From Podarcis liolepis (taxonomy: Eukaryota): a stretch of DNA of 64,000 nucleotides. How positions within the stretch are numbered: the stretch's first letter is position 1; each line of letters opens with the position of its first letter. The notes under the pieces were generated by a model, which saw only the letters and a program-made list of their open reading frames with translations, did not search any database and was not told the origin of the DNA. A program made the translations under genes and the position numbers. Below are positions 1 through 12,276 of this stretch, piece by piece. The stretch lies in NCBI GenBank assembly GCA_965112155.1, contig OZ218098.1, one strand, 5' to 3'.

Positions 1-100
1 AGTGGGGTCTTTAAATAATTAGTGAAGTTTTCAAGGGTTAGACTTTTGATGCTGGGGGAAGAAAAAGTTTACAAGTTTATGATTTCCTTTTTCTCTTCAG

Positions 101-392
101 ACTGATGCTGAAAAGCATTCCCAAGTGGAGCGGAATTCCTTGTGGTCTGGCGACGAAATCAAGAAATCCGATGGTGGCTCAGACAGTGGTGTGAAGATGG
201 AGCCTGGGTCTAAATGGAGAAGGAATCCCTCTGATGTGTCTGATGAATCTGATAAAAGCAATTCTGGGAGGAAGAACACAGTCATTTCGCAGACGGGTTC
301 CTGGAGACGGGGCATGTCAGCTCAGGTTGGCATTACCACACCAAGGACAAAAACGGCAGCCACCTCAGGAACTTTGAAGACACCTGGAACAG
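101..392 (+). CDS. NAV2: NAV2 internal coding exon (TDAEKHSQVERNSLWSGD...KTPGTG); the gene starts upstream of the window
   Basis: Acceptor ttctcttcag|ACT, donor ACAG|gtgagg; peptide recognisable as NAV2 (KWRRNPSDVSDES, SQTGSWRRGM); phase 0-1. Confidence 0.95.
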
Positions 393-941
393 GTGAGGAA
401 TGCACAGCCAACAGACAAGCAATGCAGGCCAAGAATTTGTGCAGTTTGAAGAAAATTTCCTCTGTCAGGATTTCAACTGCATTTTGATCTCTGCTTGTCT
501 TTGATGGAGAACTGTGCAATAAATCTCTGCCCTTGTGTACCAGTGCCAAACTGAAGAGGTCCTGCCAACAATGATGTCGACTCAATAGTGTCTTGTAACT
601 GGGGTGAAATTGAATGGATGATGTATGTGCTAAGCAGTAGAACTCATGTGTTTTCTTGAAAGTGTAAATAAATCTGAAGGCACCTTTGAATGCTTAGTTA
701 AGACCAGCTTGTTCTTTTTTTAAAATAACAATCTACTTAATTAGAAAATGTGTCTAAGTTGCATATGCAACCTATCGCCTTGCAAGCATCATATCCAGCT
801 GTGATAACTAATTGTCCCTGCACGTTTCTTAACACTGCATGCCATTGCAAATGAAATATAGCAAGAGAAACTGAGTGTGTAGGCACCTTTAGCCTGGTTT
901 ATAGGTACCCTTAATTTTAAAGTAACTTTGAGGTTCTAAAC

Positions 942-1289
942 CAGGGGTCGGCAAACTTTTCCGCCGGCGGGCCGGATCACCCGCGCATGGGAGTGTGCGC
1001 ACCCATGCAAATGTGTGTCAGCCCACTGCTCTTTCCCCGCGGGCTTTCGGAGCCATGGTGAGGGAGGAGGTGGTGTCTGCGGCTTCCTATTGGCTGCAGA
1101 AGCTTCCTGCAGCCAATAGGAAGCCATGGCTGCGTCCTAGAAGTCAGTTCCCACGCAGACCTAAACCAACGCACTGCGCTGGTTTAGCTCCACGCGGGGA
1201 CTGACTGAGCAGGCGGCAAGGGCAAGGGGCCGGTTTAACGACCCCCATGGGCCATGTCTGGCCCGTGGGTCGTAGTTTGCTGACCCCTG
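942..1289. mobile_element. Non-autonomous hAT (Charlie-type) DNA transposon
   Basis: TIRs CAGGGGTCGGCAAACT / AGTTTGCTGACCCCTG; 8-bp TSD ttctaaac / ttcaaaac. Confidence 0.85.
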
Positions 1290-1591
1290 TTCAAAACTAA
1301 GTGCAAAAAAGTATTTTCTAACTACCACTGTGAAACAATAGCAGCACAGGCTCTCTGTGGCCTACATCACCCAGAAGGCCTTGCACTTAGGATGCACCCC
1401 CTCTTCAGAGCAAGGGAGAGTGAGAGTACCAGGGCTGCTGGCATGTTAGTATGGACAGAACAACTTTAAACTAAGAGATGGGGGTGAGGAGAGGAGGGGT
1501 GTGGCTGGAGGGGACCACTGTGGTTGATGCACTGCCTTGCCTCATTCTTGCACAACCACCTCCAGTTGCCCCAATTTTTCATACCCTAGGG

Positions 1592-1698
1592 CAGGGCTTT
1601 TTTTCACCTGGAACTCAATGATACTCAGTTCTGGCACCTCTCAGGTGGAGGTATTCATGGTTAGTTCCGGCACCTCATTTTCTAGAAAAATAGCCCTG
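1592..1698. mobile_element. hAT-type MITE
   Basis: TIRs CAGGGCTTTTTT / AAAAATAGCCCTG; 8-bp TSD ccctaggg / cccttggg. Confidence 0.75.
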
Positions 1699-1706
1699 CC
1701 CTTGGG

Positions 1707-1825
1707 TAAGTGTGGGGAACCTTTGGACTACCGTTCCTATCATCCTTGGCCATTGGCTGTACTTGATGGGGCCAATAGGAGTTGTAGTTCAGCAACACCT
1801 GAGAGCCAAAGTTTTGCCACATCTG
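1707..1825. mobile_element. Degraded palindromic hAT-type MITE (GGACTACAACTCCCATCAT family)
   Basis: Resembles the intact copy at 40853-40976; flanked by cccttggg / ccctaagg. Confidence 0.6.
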
Positions 1826-2079
1826 CCCTAAGGATACCATGTTCACTTGGTTTGAATCATTGGGCCCATGTGCTCAAATTTCACTTTTAAACAGAGCAGT
1901 TATATTATCCTGTCATTCCTGTGCATAGTGCTATTGATTTCTAGAAATTAAGCAAAATTAGAATGCTTCCACATACGCTTGTTTTTCATGTGTTTTAAGC
2001 TTTTTCATCACTTCGTTATACTAATGTGCACAGTGTTTGGTACCATCCAATATTTGAACTTACTTTCCTTTTTTCCTAG

Positions 2080-2782
2080 GAAAAACTGATGATGCCAAGG
2101 TATCGGAAAAGGGTAGAATTTCTCCCAAATCCGGACACATTAAACGTTCCCCATCAGATGCAGGACGGAGCAGTGGTGATGAATCAAAGAAACCTTCTGC
2201 AAATAACTCTAGAACAGCTGCTGCTAACACAAATGCATTTGGATTTAAAAAACAGAGTGGGTCAGCTGTAGGCATGACCATAATAACAGCTAGTGGGGCA
2301 ACTATCACTAGTAGATCAGCTACCCTGGGCAAAATCCCCAAGTCATCTGGACTTATGGGAAGGTCTACTGGTCGGAAGACTAGTGTTGATGGCTCACAGA
2401 ATCAGGACGATGGTTACTTAGCCATTAGTACTCGAAGCAATCTTCAGTACCGGAGTTTACCCAGGCCCAGCAAATCCAGCAGCAGAAGCGGAGCTGGCAA
2501 TAGATCTAGCACCAGTAGCATAGATTCCAACATAAGTAGCAAGTCAGCAGGCTTGCCTGTTCCTAAAATGAGAGAGCCAGCCAAAGTTGCCCTTGGGAGC
2601 TCTCTGCCAGGTTTAGTCAACCAAACGGATAAAGAAAAAGGGATCTCATCGGACAACGAAAGTGTAATCTCTTGTAATTCTGTTAAAATGAACCCAGCAT
2701 CTCAGCCGGTTTCTAGTGCATCCCAGAGTGCTCACCAGCAAGGAGTCAAGTACCCAGATGTAGCCTCCCCTACCTTGCGCAG
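2080..2782 (+). CDS. NAV2: NAV2 coding exon (GKTDDAK...PDVASPTLR)
   Basis: ttcctag|GA acceptor, CGCAG|gtatgt donor; contains LQYRSLPRPSK; in frame with both neighbours. Confidence 0.95.
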
Positions 2783-2885
2783 GTATGTAGAGCTTGTTCA
2801 ATTGTGCAGTGCCTGAAAGGAGTTCAGAAGCTTTTGGGGGGGGGGTTTATATTCTGACTTTGACATTCTTTAAACAGAAATGATG

Positions 2886-2909
2886 GATGATGATGATGAT
2901 GATGATGAT
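2886..2909. repeat. (GAT)8 microsatellite
   Basis: Read directly. Confidence 0.95.
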
Positions 2910-3734
2910 AATGTATAGACAGCTTCATGGCATAAAGCCATAAAAGCAGTGTATAAAGTAAAAACAGAGTGAAACACTGAATGAAATATTCTCTGGGAAC
3001 AACGTTAGCCACAATAAATCCTCTGTTACACTGCCATTCTGGATGAAATCCAAAAGATCACCTCTTCTGAAAATGAAATTTTCCTTTCCTTTTGTAAGAA
3101 GAATACATGTTTTGCATGACAGATTTGCTAAAACACCGTCATTGCAGACCTGTTCATAGCTAGAAACAGTCATTCTGGTGATCCTAGCCAAGATTGCATA
3201 TACTTTATAGGTGAGCTTGGTGCCCATTTCCTCCCCCTTGCCCCCCCCCAATATTAAGTGTGTCAGTGGCTTGCCCAACATGAATCTAGGAGAAAGTACA
3301 TGATGCACATCCTGAAAAGTATGTTAATATGAATACTTACGTATTTACAGAATGGCAGAATAATTAGAGGTGTGCATGGGCAGAGGGAAATCCTGGAATG
3401 ACCTTATTTGATCCAGCATTTAGTGACAGAGGTGAACATAGAGGAAAGGGGGAAGCTATCACACTTCATTCAAATCCAAGTCAGCATTAGTATGCCTCAC
3501 TCATTGGTGCACTGACACCAATTTGCCTATTTTGAGTGCAAGTTATACTCTGTGGATGTCCATCTACACACAGTATAGATCAGAACAAAATAATCTCTAA
3601 TGTATCCCGTTAATCTGACAAATAAGGATTTCTCTCAAATGTGTTTGAGCCAAGTAAAATATGAAAAAAAAAGTTTAAATTCAAAGGTTCTTAGTATGTT
3701 TCCTGACTTTCTTTCCTTTTCTTCCCTTCTTCAG

Positions 3735-4199
3735 ACTTTTTGGTGGAAAGCCAAGTAAACAAGCTCCCATCACAACTGCAGAAAGCATGAAAAATTCAGT
3801 GGTCATCTCCAACCCACATGCAACCATGAACCAACAGGGGAATCTGGATTCTCCTGGCAGTGGCATACTGAGCAGTGGTGGTAGTAGTCCCCTTTATAGC
3901 AAGAATGCAGACATGAACCAGTCTCCATTAGCTTCTAGTCCCAGTTCAGCTCATTCAGCTCCTTCCAACAGCTTAACCTGGGGCACTAATGCCAGTAGTT
4001 CTTCTGCTGTTAGCAAGGATGGGATTGGATACCAATCTGTTAGCAGCCTGCACACCAGTTGTGAATCCATAGATATTTCACTCAGCAGTGGAGGCGGCCT
4101 GAGCCACAACTCGTCCAGTGGCTTGATTGCAGCTTCTAAAGATGACTCGCTGACTCCCTTTGTTAGAACCAACAGTGTAAAGACAACATTGTCAGAGAG
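3735..4199 (+). CDS. NAV2: NAV2 coding exon (RLFGGKP...VKTTLSE)
   Basis: ttcttcag|A acceptor, GAGAG|gtgaga donor; Ser-rich NAV2 peptide (SLHTSCESID). Confidence 0.95.
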
Positions 4200-6379
4200 G
4201 TGAGATTCTGCCCCCCCCCCGAAGACCTTTGTGATACATACTGTGGTTTATGTAATCGGTAGCTTAATCATGACATGTTTCACTGTGAATTATTCCCACT
4301 GATTTCAAGTGTCATTCAGGATAACTTATTTTTGTTCAGTTTGACATTCCTATGAGGTAAATAAGGATTGATGAGAGAAGTTGTTGTGCAAGCATGAATT
4401 AATCTAGGGTGTTCAACAGATGGCTGTGATCACTGTGCCTGTCATCCTTTAAAAAATCTCTGTTAACTCTGGGCTCCCAAACATGTATGATGAAAAGAGC
4501 CTAGATTTTCAGACGGGTAATAACAAACCACCTCATATATGAACTGGATCATCACAAGTCAGATTTCACCAGTGAGAACTACAGCCATGAATAAGAGGCT
4601 TGGCATACACCTTGACATAGTGTGGCAACCATGAAGAACATGCTTTATTTCCTGTCAAACAATGCTTGAAAAGAGCAGCATGCCTTGTCGTGTCCATCCA
4701 TTCGATGGGCATCCTGTTCTGCCATTTAGATCTCAGCTAGGATCACATCAGTACATTACTTTTCAGTATTGTATTAGGCCAATAAATCAGTGTAGGTTAT
4801 AATTTCATAGATCAAGGCATAAAAACTCAACATAAAGCATAGTGCCCGAGACATAGGGAGAGATGTGAGTTGGGAAGGATTTAGTTCAAATCTCAGCTCA
4901 GCCACAAATTTGCTAGATAATCTTAGGCAAGCCATTATCAATCCACTTTATTCTTTCCTTTTTAACATGTGGACAGTAATACTGGCCTATTGGTAATTAC
5001 TGAGATAATGAATGTTAAGTACTTTGAAATACTAGGGGCCAAACTACATATGACATTTAATGTGCCATTAAAATAAATGCAGATTGCATTATCTGGTTTA
5101 ATTAACAAATAATTAACTGGACCAGGACAGACCAGAATATGGAATTTAAGCCTCTGCTGCAGTCCTGAGAAAAATCCTTCCTGTGTTGCTGGTATTTGAT
5201 GTGGAAGAAACTATTCCATTAATGCCCATGGAGCTTTTCCCCAAAGCAAATACCAACTTCAGAAGAGAGATTTTCTTTAGGATTGCAGAAGATGAAAGAC
5301 TTAAATTCCCTCTTCATATCTATTCTGTTCCCATTAATTATCAATATGGTGTAATTTGTATTTTTAGAAACCTGGACATTAGCTGCAAAGATGCATTTAA
5401 TGATGTTCTTAACCTCACGTGTAGTTTGGTCCTAAGATTTAGTATCTGTTGTTCCTTTCTGGACATAGCCATCACAGTTATGATGACTAAGTAATCCAGT
5501 TTAATTTTGTCACCCTATATTTATTTTGATTGCAAAAGTGAGCTATTTTCATTGATCTTACTTACTACCACAATTTTGATCTGATGAGTAAGGGCAAGTT
5601 AGAAGGTAGGCACCAGGAGCTTAACAAAGACAAATTGGATATGTCACTTTTTCTTGTATAATTGATGATAGTATGAGCTTTTTGTGCTATGCCATTGCTG
5701 CTGTAGCTATATTACTACATTTACCTTTTCTTGCAAAAGAGATGTGCTGAGCCTTCTACAGAACATAGGAATGATACGATTCCTACCCACCTTGGGCTAT
5801 GGCAGCTGGGGAGGTTTGTTGTCCTAAATAAAAGCATTTTCACCAGAATGCTCTCACTTGTTCTCTGCCCTCCATATCCACCCCAGAAATAGGCAGACCC
5901 ATGTATATAGATCTTTCCCAGATCCATTTCAATGGTTGGTTCACCACTCAAAGCAAAAGTTGGGTTCTAGTATCTGCAGTTCCTCAGATTGTTTTGGCTT
6001 GGGAATGGCACCTATCAACTTCGTTTTATGGTCATGGATCTGCAACAGCATGCCAACTTACCCATTTGTTCAAGATCCTTGTCAGTTTGCATTCCTATGG
6101 AAAATGGTTCTCATGCAACCATTGTATGGATAAGAAACCACAAAACAAAGAAGTTGGAACTGACGTTAAATGTTTCTCCAGTGAAAACCACAGGAGTTGA
6201 AAGAAATTTTGAAGCTGTCTAACCCCGTTGTAGACCATTTTCCCACTTAGAACATTCTAATTTGCTGTGGCATCGTAACATACAAAAACTCTTTCCCTTT
6301 CTTCCTTTTGTGCTAATATTCCTCTCTCTTTTTCTTGTTTTTGTTTTTGTTTTTGTCTTGTTGGACTTTATTCTTCTAG

Positions 6380-6445
6380 CCCTCTCTCTTCCCCTGCTGC
6401 TAGTCCCAAATTCTGCAGAAATACTTTACCCAGGAGGCAGGACAG
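6380..6445 (+). CDS. NAV2: NAV2 66-nt exon (SPLSSPAASPKFCRNTLPRRQD), probable cassette
   Basis: ttcttctag|C acceptor, GACAG|gtaatg donor; phase 2-2, length divisible by 3; not in the ORF track in this frame. Confidence 0.9.
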
Positions 6446-7837
6446 GTAATGCTGTCTCAGGGCAGTAGAATGCACAAACAGCCGAGAAGGTTCATTTTCA
6501 CACTTGAGAAGCCAAAAGTGTATTGTGCAAGACTGTGCTCAGTGAAGAGTGTGTGTGTTTCACTGGGATGTGTAAACCGTCACTCAAAAGACATGCCAGT
6601 GAGAGACCATTTTACAGCACTGTGTCCCAGTTTACTCTGGGGAGAGGCAGTTTTTCCAAGAACAAAATGAACAATCTCTTTAAAGTTCCATAATTTTATT
6701 TGCCAGTGTAAACTCTCACTAGCATTTCGGCATTCTGGTGGCATGCTGCTTTCCCTCACGTTTCAGGCCGTATCACCTTTTTGTCTTGATCCCTCTATCC
6801 CCCAACCTCCCACCGTGGCTGAAATATATTTCCTGTTACAAGTTGCTCACCCATTTTAGCTTGTGGGGTGGGAGAGGGAGGATCGTAGGGGTGTGTGTGT
6901 GTCCTTGTAAAAATGAATGCAAGGAAGCAAGGTATGTCAGAAGTGCTGTTGCTGTCATCTGTGCTTTGTTCATCTGACACCAGTAACTGATAGAGAATTA
7001 ATTCTAACGCTTCTATGTCTCCTGCACGGGTACCATTTCAGATTTCAGTAGGTGGGGAAACCTTTTCAGCTAGATTGAAAGTCTTGTGATTGGAGAATCC
7101 AAGATTGTTATTATTAGTTTGTTTAAAGCAGTATATTTTAAGAGCATTTGTTGCAACTGCTTTTTAAATGTCTCATACAGTGGCATTATCAACACCCACC
7201 TGTCACACCTTATTTAAAGCAAATGTATTTGTTGCTATTGGTGGCCCTTGTGAGAATTTATAACAATAGCCGTTCCTACTATGTATAGGATGCCAGGAAC
7301 AATCACATGTGATCTGCACCACAGTAGTACCCTGGTCTCCTGAAAGTGGAAACTCGGATCCCTGTTGGTTGGTCATTTGCCTAGTCGCCATTTTCAGTGG
7401 TGTGCATTTGTTAGAGATAGAAAAAAAGATTGTGGCCATCTGTGTCCTAAATGCATTCATCTTAGGCATGTACACTTCATATTAAAAGCTAGCTTCTTCC
7501 AGCCACATCCAGAAACAGGAAGGTCACTGTGTGATCCCTATCTTCAAATGACCATAAAAAGTCATATAAAAGTAAAATGGTGCTTACACAGAGTTAAGTG
7601 GTTTGAGGGTCCAAAGTCTTCATCTTGCATGGTCCCTTGTGCATGTTCTGTATATAACACAACCCACACGTGGTAAGAAGGTTTTTTGCATGTCAGCTTG
7701 GCAGGGGCTCTCGTTATCTTTTCCAGTACCATGGTGCAGCTGTTTAATAGTAAATTCTCCTCTCTTTCAAGCTGATCTTTAATCCTCCTCTTTTCGTTCT
7801 TTTCTTCTGAAGTTCTTTTCTTTTAACTTTTCTACAG

Positions 7838-7882
7838 CGACCCTCATCTTGATAGGAACACTTTGCCTAAGAAAGGACTCAG
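7838..7882 (+). CDS. NAV2: NAV2 45-nt exon (SDPHLDRNTLPKKGLR), probable cassette
   Basis: Long pyrimidine tract ending tctacag|C, donor CTCAG|gtattg; phase 2-2. Confidence 0.9.
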
Positions 7883-9411
7883 GTATTGGTGTTTCCACAT
7901 AGCATAAGCAGTTTTCCATGTGGTTTTTGGAGCTTTGCTTTGTGTGTCTCTTGTGGCCGTCAGTAGTGCTGGTGGTGGTGGTGGTCTCAGCTTTTGCAGT
8001 GCCTGGCTGCAATCTCTTCCTCCTTTCTCCCTCAGCCTCTTTGAAGCAGGTCATTGCCCCCTTTCCTTTACCCAACATGCTTCTTTCCATCTGATAACGT
8101 CTCAGCTTGAGCAGGGACTTCAGCAGTAGCTGGCTGGCTCTTCGAAAAGTGCATCTCACAAACCATCACTGAGCTTGATTTGCAAGCAATAATTTGCAGC
8201 TTTTACAACCAAAGTAGTAACTAGTTGATGATATTCTCACAGTGTAAGTTCTGAAATGCGGATCAAGAGGAATTTAGAGGTCATTAAAAATGCACATTTT
8301 ACAATACAACAGCTGGAGCTGTACTAGTACTTTAAATACAAAAAAGTATCAAACCCATCAGGTGCTCCATAAATGTCTGCTTCCAAAACAGTGATTTGAC
8401 ATTAAGAGAAATTACACAGAAGAATATGTTTCTTTTGTAAAGAAAGTAGACTTTAAACATGTTTACTAGGTTTACTAGGTTCATTAACGAATACAACAAA
8501 ATGAAAGTACTGAATTCACTCAGTGGAAAGTATCTGGCAAAACAGTTCAATTTCAGACTGTATTATAAATACTTTTTTAGATAACAGAAATGATGGCTTT
8601 ACATTAGAGCTGCAATTTATTCTGCACTACAAAGACATTGTTCTTTGCAGCAGCTTTGATTGTCACACTGAGCTAGGTGCTAAAAGCATTTTGCTAATTT
8701 GTGGGGTGAGGGTGGGGAGAGATTGGTCGGTCTGAATTGTTTTCTGTGCCTGTCAAATGTCTCCAGCTAAATAATGAATGACATCTTTTAAGTTTAAAGT
8801 ATTTGAATGTCAAAGAGGTAGGTATTTATATGTTTGTTCTTTAGCATATTGTGCTAAATTTTGTGTGCCTGTTTATGGCTCCAATCCCTGAAAGATCTAT
8901 ACACATGAATGACTTTTATCGTCAGTATCTGAAACCAATACTCAAAATTCAAGGCTGATGGCAGGAAGACAGTGGTGTTGCCAGTACCCTTTTAAAAGTT
9001 GTGCATTCTCATTTACTTCAAAGACTAAAAAATAACTGAGGATGTGATGATGATCACTGTGATCCAGAACCTGCCATGCACAAAATTTATATTTGCATAT
9101 AAATAGGCTTTACCTGGGTTCCTCCTCCCCATTTTTTTGTTTTTTGTTGCTTTTTGTTTTGTAAGGACCAGTAATCCCAGTCTTGCAAATACCAGTAGAC
9201 CTCTGTTGTGTGTTTTAAAATTTATTAGCTCTATATCCTTTTCTCCCTGAATGGGGAGGATGTTACCCCGCCACCCTCACTCAAGCCCCACATTGCCTAT
9301 ACAACTATCATGTGAGGTTAGCTAGGCTGAGCAATAATGACAGTGGCTTACCACTGACTCTCATGATTAAGTGGGAATTTTAATCTAGTCTTTCCGTTCC
9401 TGGTCCTATAC

Positions 9412-9615
9412 TAGGGTTGACATATTTCAAAAAGTGAAAATCCGGACACACAAAAGGTTGTTGAGCTTGCTTTCTTTTTTTGCAAAATCTTAAAATCTAG
9501 ACTTCTGACATGGGTTGCCATACATCCGGACATTACAGTGATTTCTGCCTAGACACTGCTTCCGACTGCCATATTCTAGCTATGTCTGAGAAATTCTGGA
9601 TGTATAGCAACCCTA
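9412..9615. mobile_element. hAT (Tip100-like) MITE nested in an old tRNA-derived SINE
   Basis: TIRs TAGGGTTG / CAACCCTA; perfect 8-bp TSD tcctatac (9404-9411, 9616-9623). Confidence 0.85.
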
Positions 9616-10579
9616 TCCTATACTCTAACCAGCAGCCCGAAAAGCAGGGAAGAGCTAACATCTTTGCCCAGTTGTCTGGAGACAGTTTGTACTTTTATGT
9701 GCACCTTATGTAAGTGCCTATTTACAAGCTTGGTGTAGCTTTCTTAGGGATACATCTACACCCCTGATAGGGTTTATGATTAGGTGAAGGTGTCCTTCTG
9801 ACCAACTCTGCCAGGTTTTGTAGTCAAGGAGGCTTCGCTGCCACAGGAAATACTGGCTGTTTGGGAGCTGCTGCCAGAAATCTTGCCATCAGCAGAAGCC
9901 AACACAAGGCCTTTCATTGAGGTCTTTCAAAGTGAAGCAGAGCAGGGCAGGCTAAAGATCTGCTGGGAACTGAGCCAGCCCATTGAGAGGGAACTGGGCT
10001 CCTCTGAGTGGTTTCCTCTGCCACACCAGTCTGAAGCTTAGGATGCAGTTGTGATTTCTCCACTCCAATTATCCCTGTGGCTGGGCAGCCCCAGGAAGCG
10101 ATTGCTTTGTTAATCTCTAGCCATGTGAAAGCTTCCTCTCAATTCACACTATTTCTTTTCATGGATGCTTATATGCATCTCATTTTGCTTCACTATGTCC
10201 TCTTTCTACAGATCCTTCACCCATCTTTCCAACAACATGTTTGTCCTGTGCTGAAAAATAGCATTTCACATGAGATTGGATACTCAGCCAACATTTGTAA
10301 AATGAAATTAAAACATTTTGTCTCGTGAAAAGTGAAATTCTGATCATTTACATGGCTTGAATATAAGAAAAGCCATTTTTAAGACTCCCAAAGTCTCCCC
10401 CACCCACCCCATTTAACTTCCTTCTGGCACAATCCAATGTAGAAAAGAAAAGAAAAGGCCTCTGGTAGGCAGGAGACTTCTTTCAGGCTCGCTGCCTGTT
10501 TTCCTGTCCACGTGCTTATGGATTTTCGGTAAACGAAACATTTTTTGAGCAAATGCTAAAGCTTATTTTGTCTCCACAG

Positions 10580-10740
10580 GTATACTCCTTCATCACAACT
10601 TCGCAGTCAAGAAGAAGCAAAAGAATGGCTGCGTTCCCACTCTGCAGGAGGACTTCAGGATACAGTTGTCAGCTCTCCATTTTCCTCTGGTTCCAGCATC
10701 ACATCACCTTCTGGAACTAGATTTAACTTCTCCCAACTGG
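10580..10740 (+). CDS. NAV2: NAV2 coding exon (YTPSSQLRSQEEAKEWLRSHSAGGL...FNFSQL)
   Basis: ctccacag|G acceptor, CTGG|gtgagt donor; open frame. Confidence 0.95.
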
Positions 10741-11917
10741 GTGAGTGAACTATTTGCTTTTCATAACTGGAACATGTTTAGCATGCTTACCTTTGCAAAG
10801 TAGCAGATAGTGCATTGATTTTTTTCCTCGCCACAAACTAAAGTGGGATCTCTGCCTGCACAACTGTATAGTGATAGTACTCAGAATCAAATATTTTCTA
10901 AAAATAATTTTATTTAAATTCAGTTGTTCCCCTCCTCCACATCACTGTAATGTTTTATTTATCATTTCATCGCTCAGAATGGAATGCTTAGCAACTCTCT
11001 AGGCCTTTCAATATGGCAGGCTACATTATGAGGTATACCGTAATCAGAGGAAAAAGGTCAAGCTAGGAAGTCCGTAGGCAAGTACAGAGAGTTAGGCATG
11101 GGAGAAGCCAAACACAAAGATTTAAAAACCCAGGACAGATGTATCTGCAAAGGAGGCCTTAGGAAGGCCAGCAGTAACTGGCCTAGCAATCTGAGAGAGG
11201 AGAGTGCCAGAGGGAAAATAGGCAGTTTTGTCATGTCCTTAAGGGTATATTAGCATGGGATGTTTCCCGGGGTGGGGAACAAGGGCCAGAGTTCCTTCTG
11301 GACAGCCATCTGAGGGCCACACAATGGTGGTCAGTAGGGCAAGAGGCAAAAGTAGGCGCTGTAGCACTATCATCTCAAACAAAGAGACTATAATTTAACC
11401 AAACATGGCGGAAAGGGCCTGAATAGCAATGGCCATTCCAGCTTCAGAGCTTGGGAAGGGAAGTAGCTGCCATCTCTTGTGGGTGATATTCAGTTCACGC
11501 CCTTCTCTTCTGCGAGCAGAGGATTCTGCTACACAACAGTCCTAATCACACTTAATTGCAATTTATCCATGGTCCATGACCAAGGAGATCTTCACATTGA
11601 TGGTACTTCATATATGGCATTAATTGCTCTTGCCTGATGACATCTAATGCTAGCAAAAGATACTACTGCCCTGTTTGTGTAGTCATGTTGCCACAGTGTT
11701 ATTTGGTCCAGGGACCAAATAACTGAGATGCTAGGAAAATTTGCTGCCAAGGTTGCCAATTAAATCACTAAAATAAGAGTGAAGTACAAAACCAGTTGTC
11801 AGGAAATTCCAGGAGAAGAAAAGTAGGAAGGGTAGTTAAATTAGGCAATTTTTTCCCCTGTGGATGTGTATGGCATTGCTGCTGATATAAAAAATAGAGG
11901 TTATTTAATGCATACAT

Positions 11918-12276
11918 GGGACGCGGGTGGCGCTGTGGGTAAAACCTCAGCGCCTAGGACTTGCCGATCGCATGGTCGGCAGTTCGAATCCCCGCGGTGG
12001 GGTGCGCTCCCGTCGTTCGGTCCCAGCGCCTGCCAACCTAGCAGTTCGAAAGCACCCCCGGGTGCAAGTAGATAAATAGGGACCGCTTACTAGCGGGAAG
12101 GTAAACGGCGTTCCGTGTGCTGCGCTGGCTCATCAGATGCAGCTTGTCATGCTGGCCACGTGACCCGGAAGTGTCTGCGGACAGCGCTGGCTCCCGGCCT
12201 CTAGAGTGAGATAAGCGCACAACCCTAGAGTCTGGCAAGATTGGCCCGTATGGGCAGGGGTACCTTTACCTTTACC
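11918..12276 (+). mobile_element. Sauria SINE, full length, young CpG-rich subfamily
   Basis: tRNA-like head (GGTGGCGCTGTGG...GTTCGAATCC), (ACCTTT)n tail; TSD TTTAATGCATA(c/t)AT at 11904-11917 and 12277-12290. Confidence 0.93.

Noticed and set aside
11918-11995. tRNA-like A/B boxes as a tRNA gene (also near 33585)
   Set aside because: These are SINE heads continuing into SINE sequence; no complete cloverleaf.
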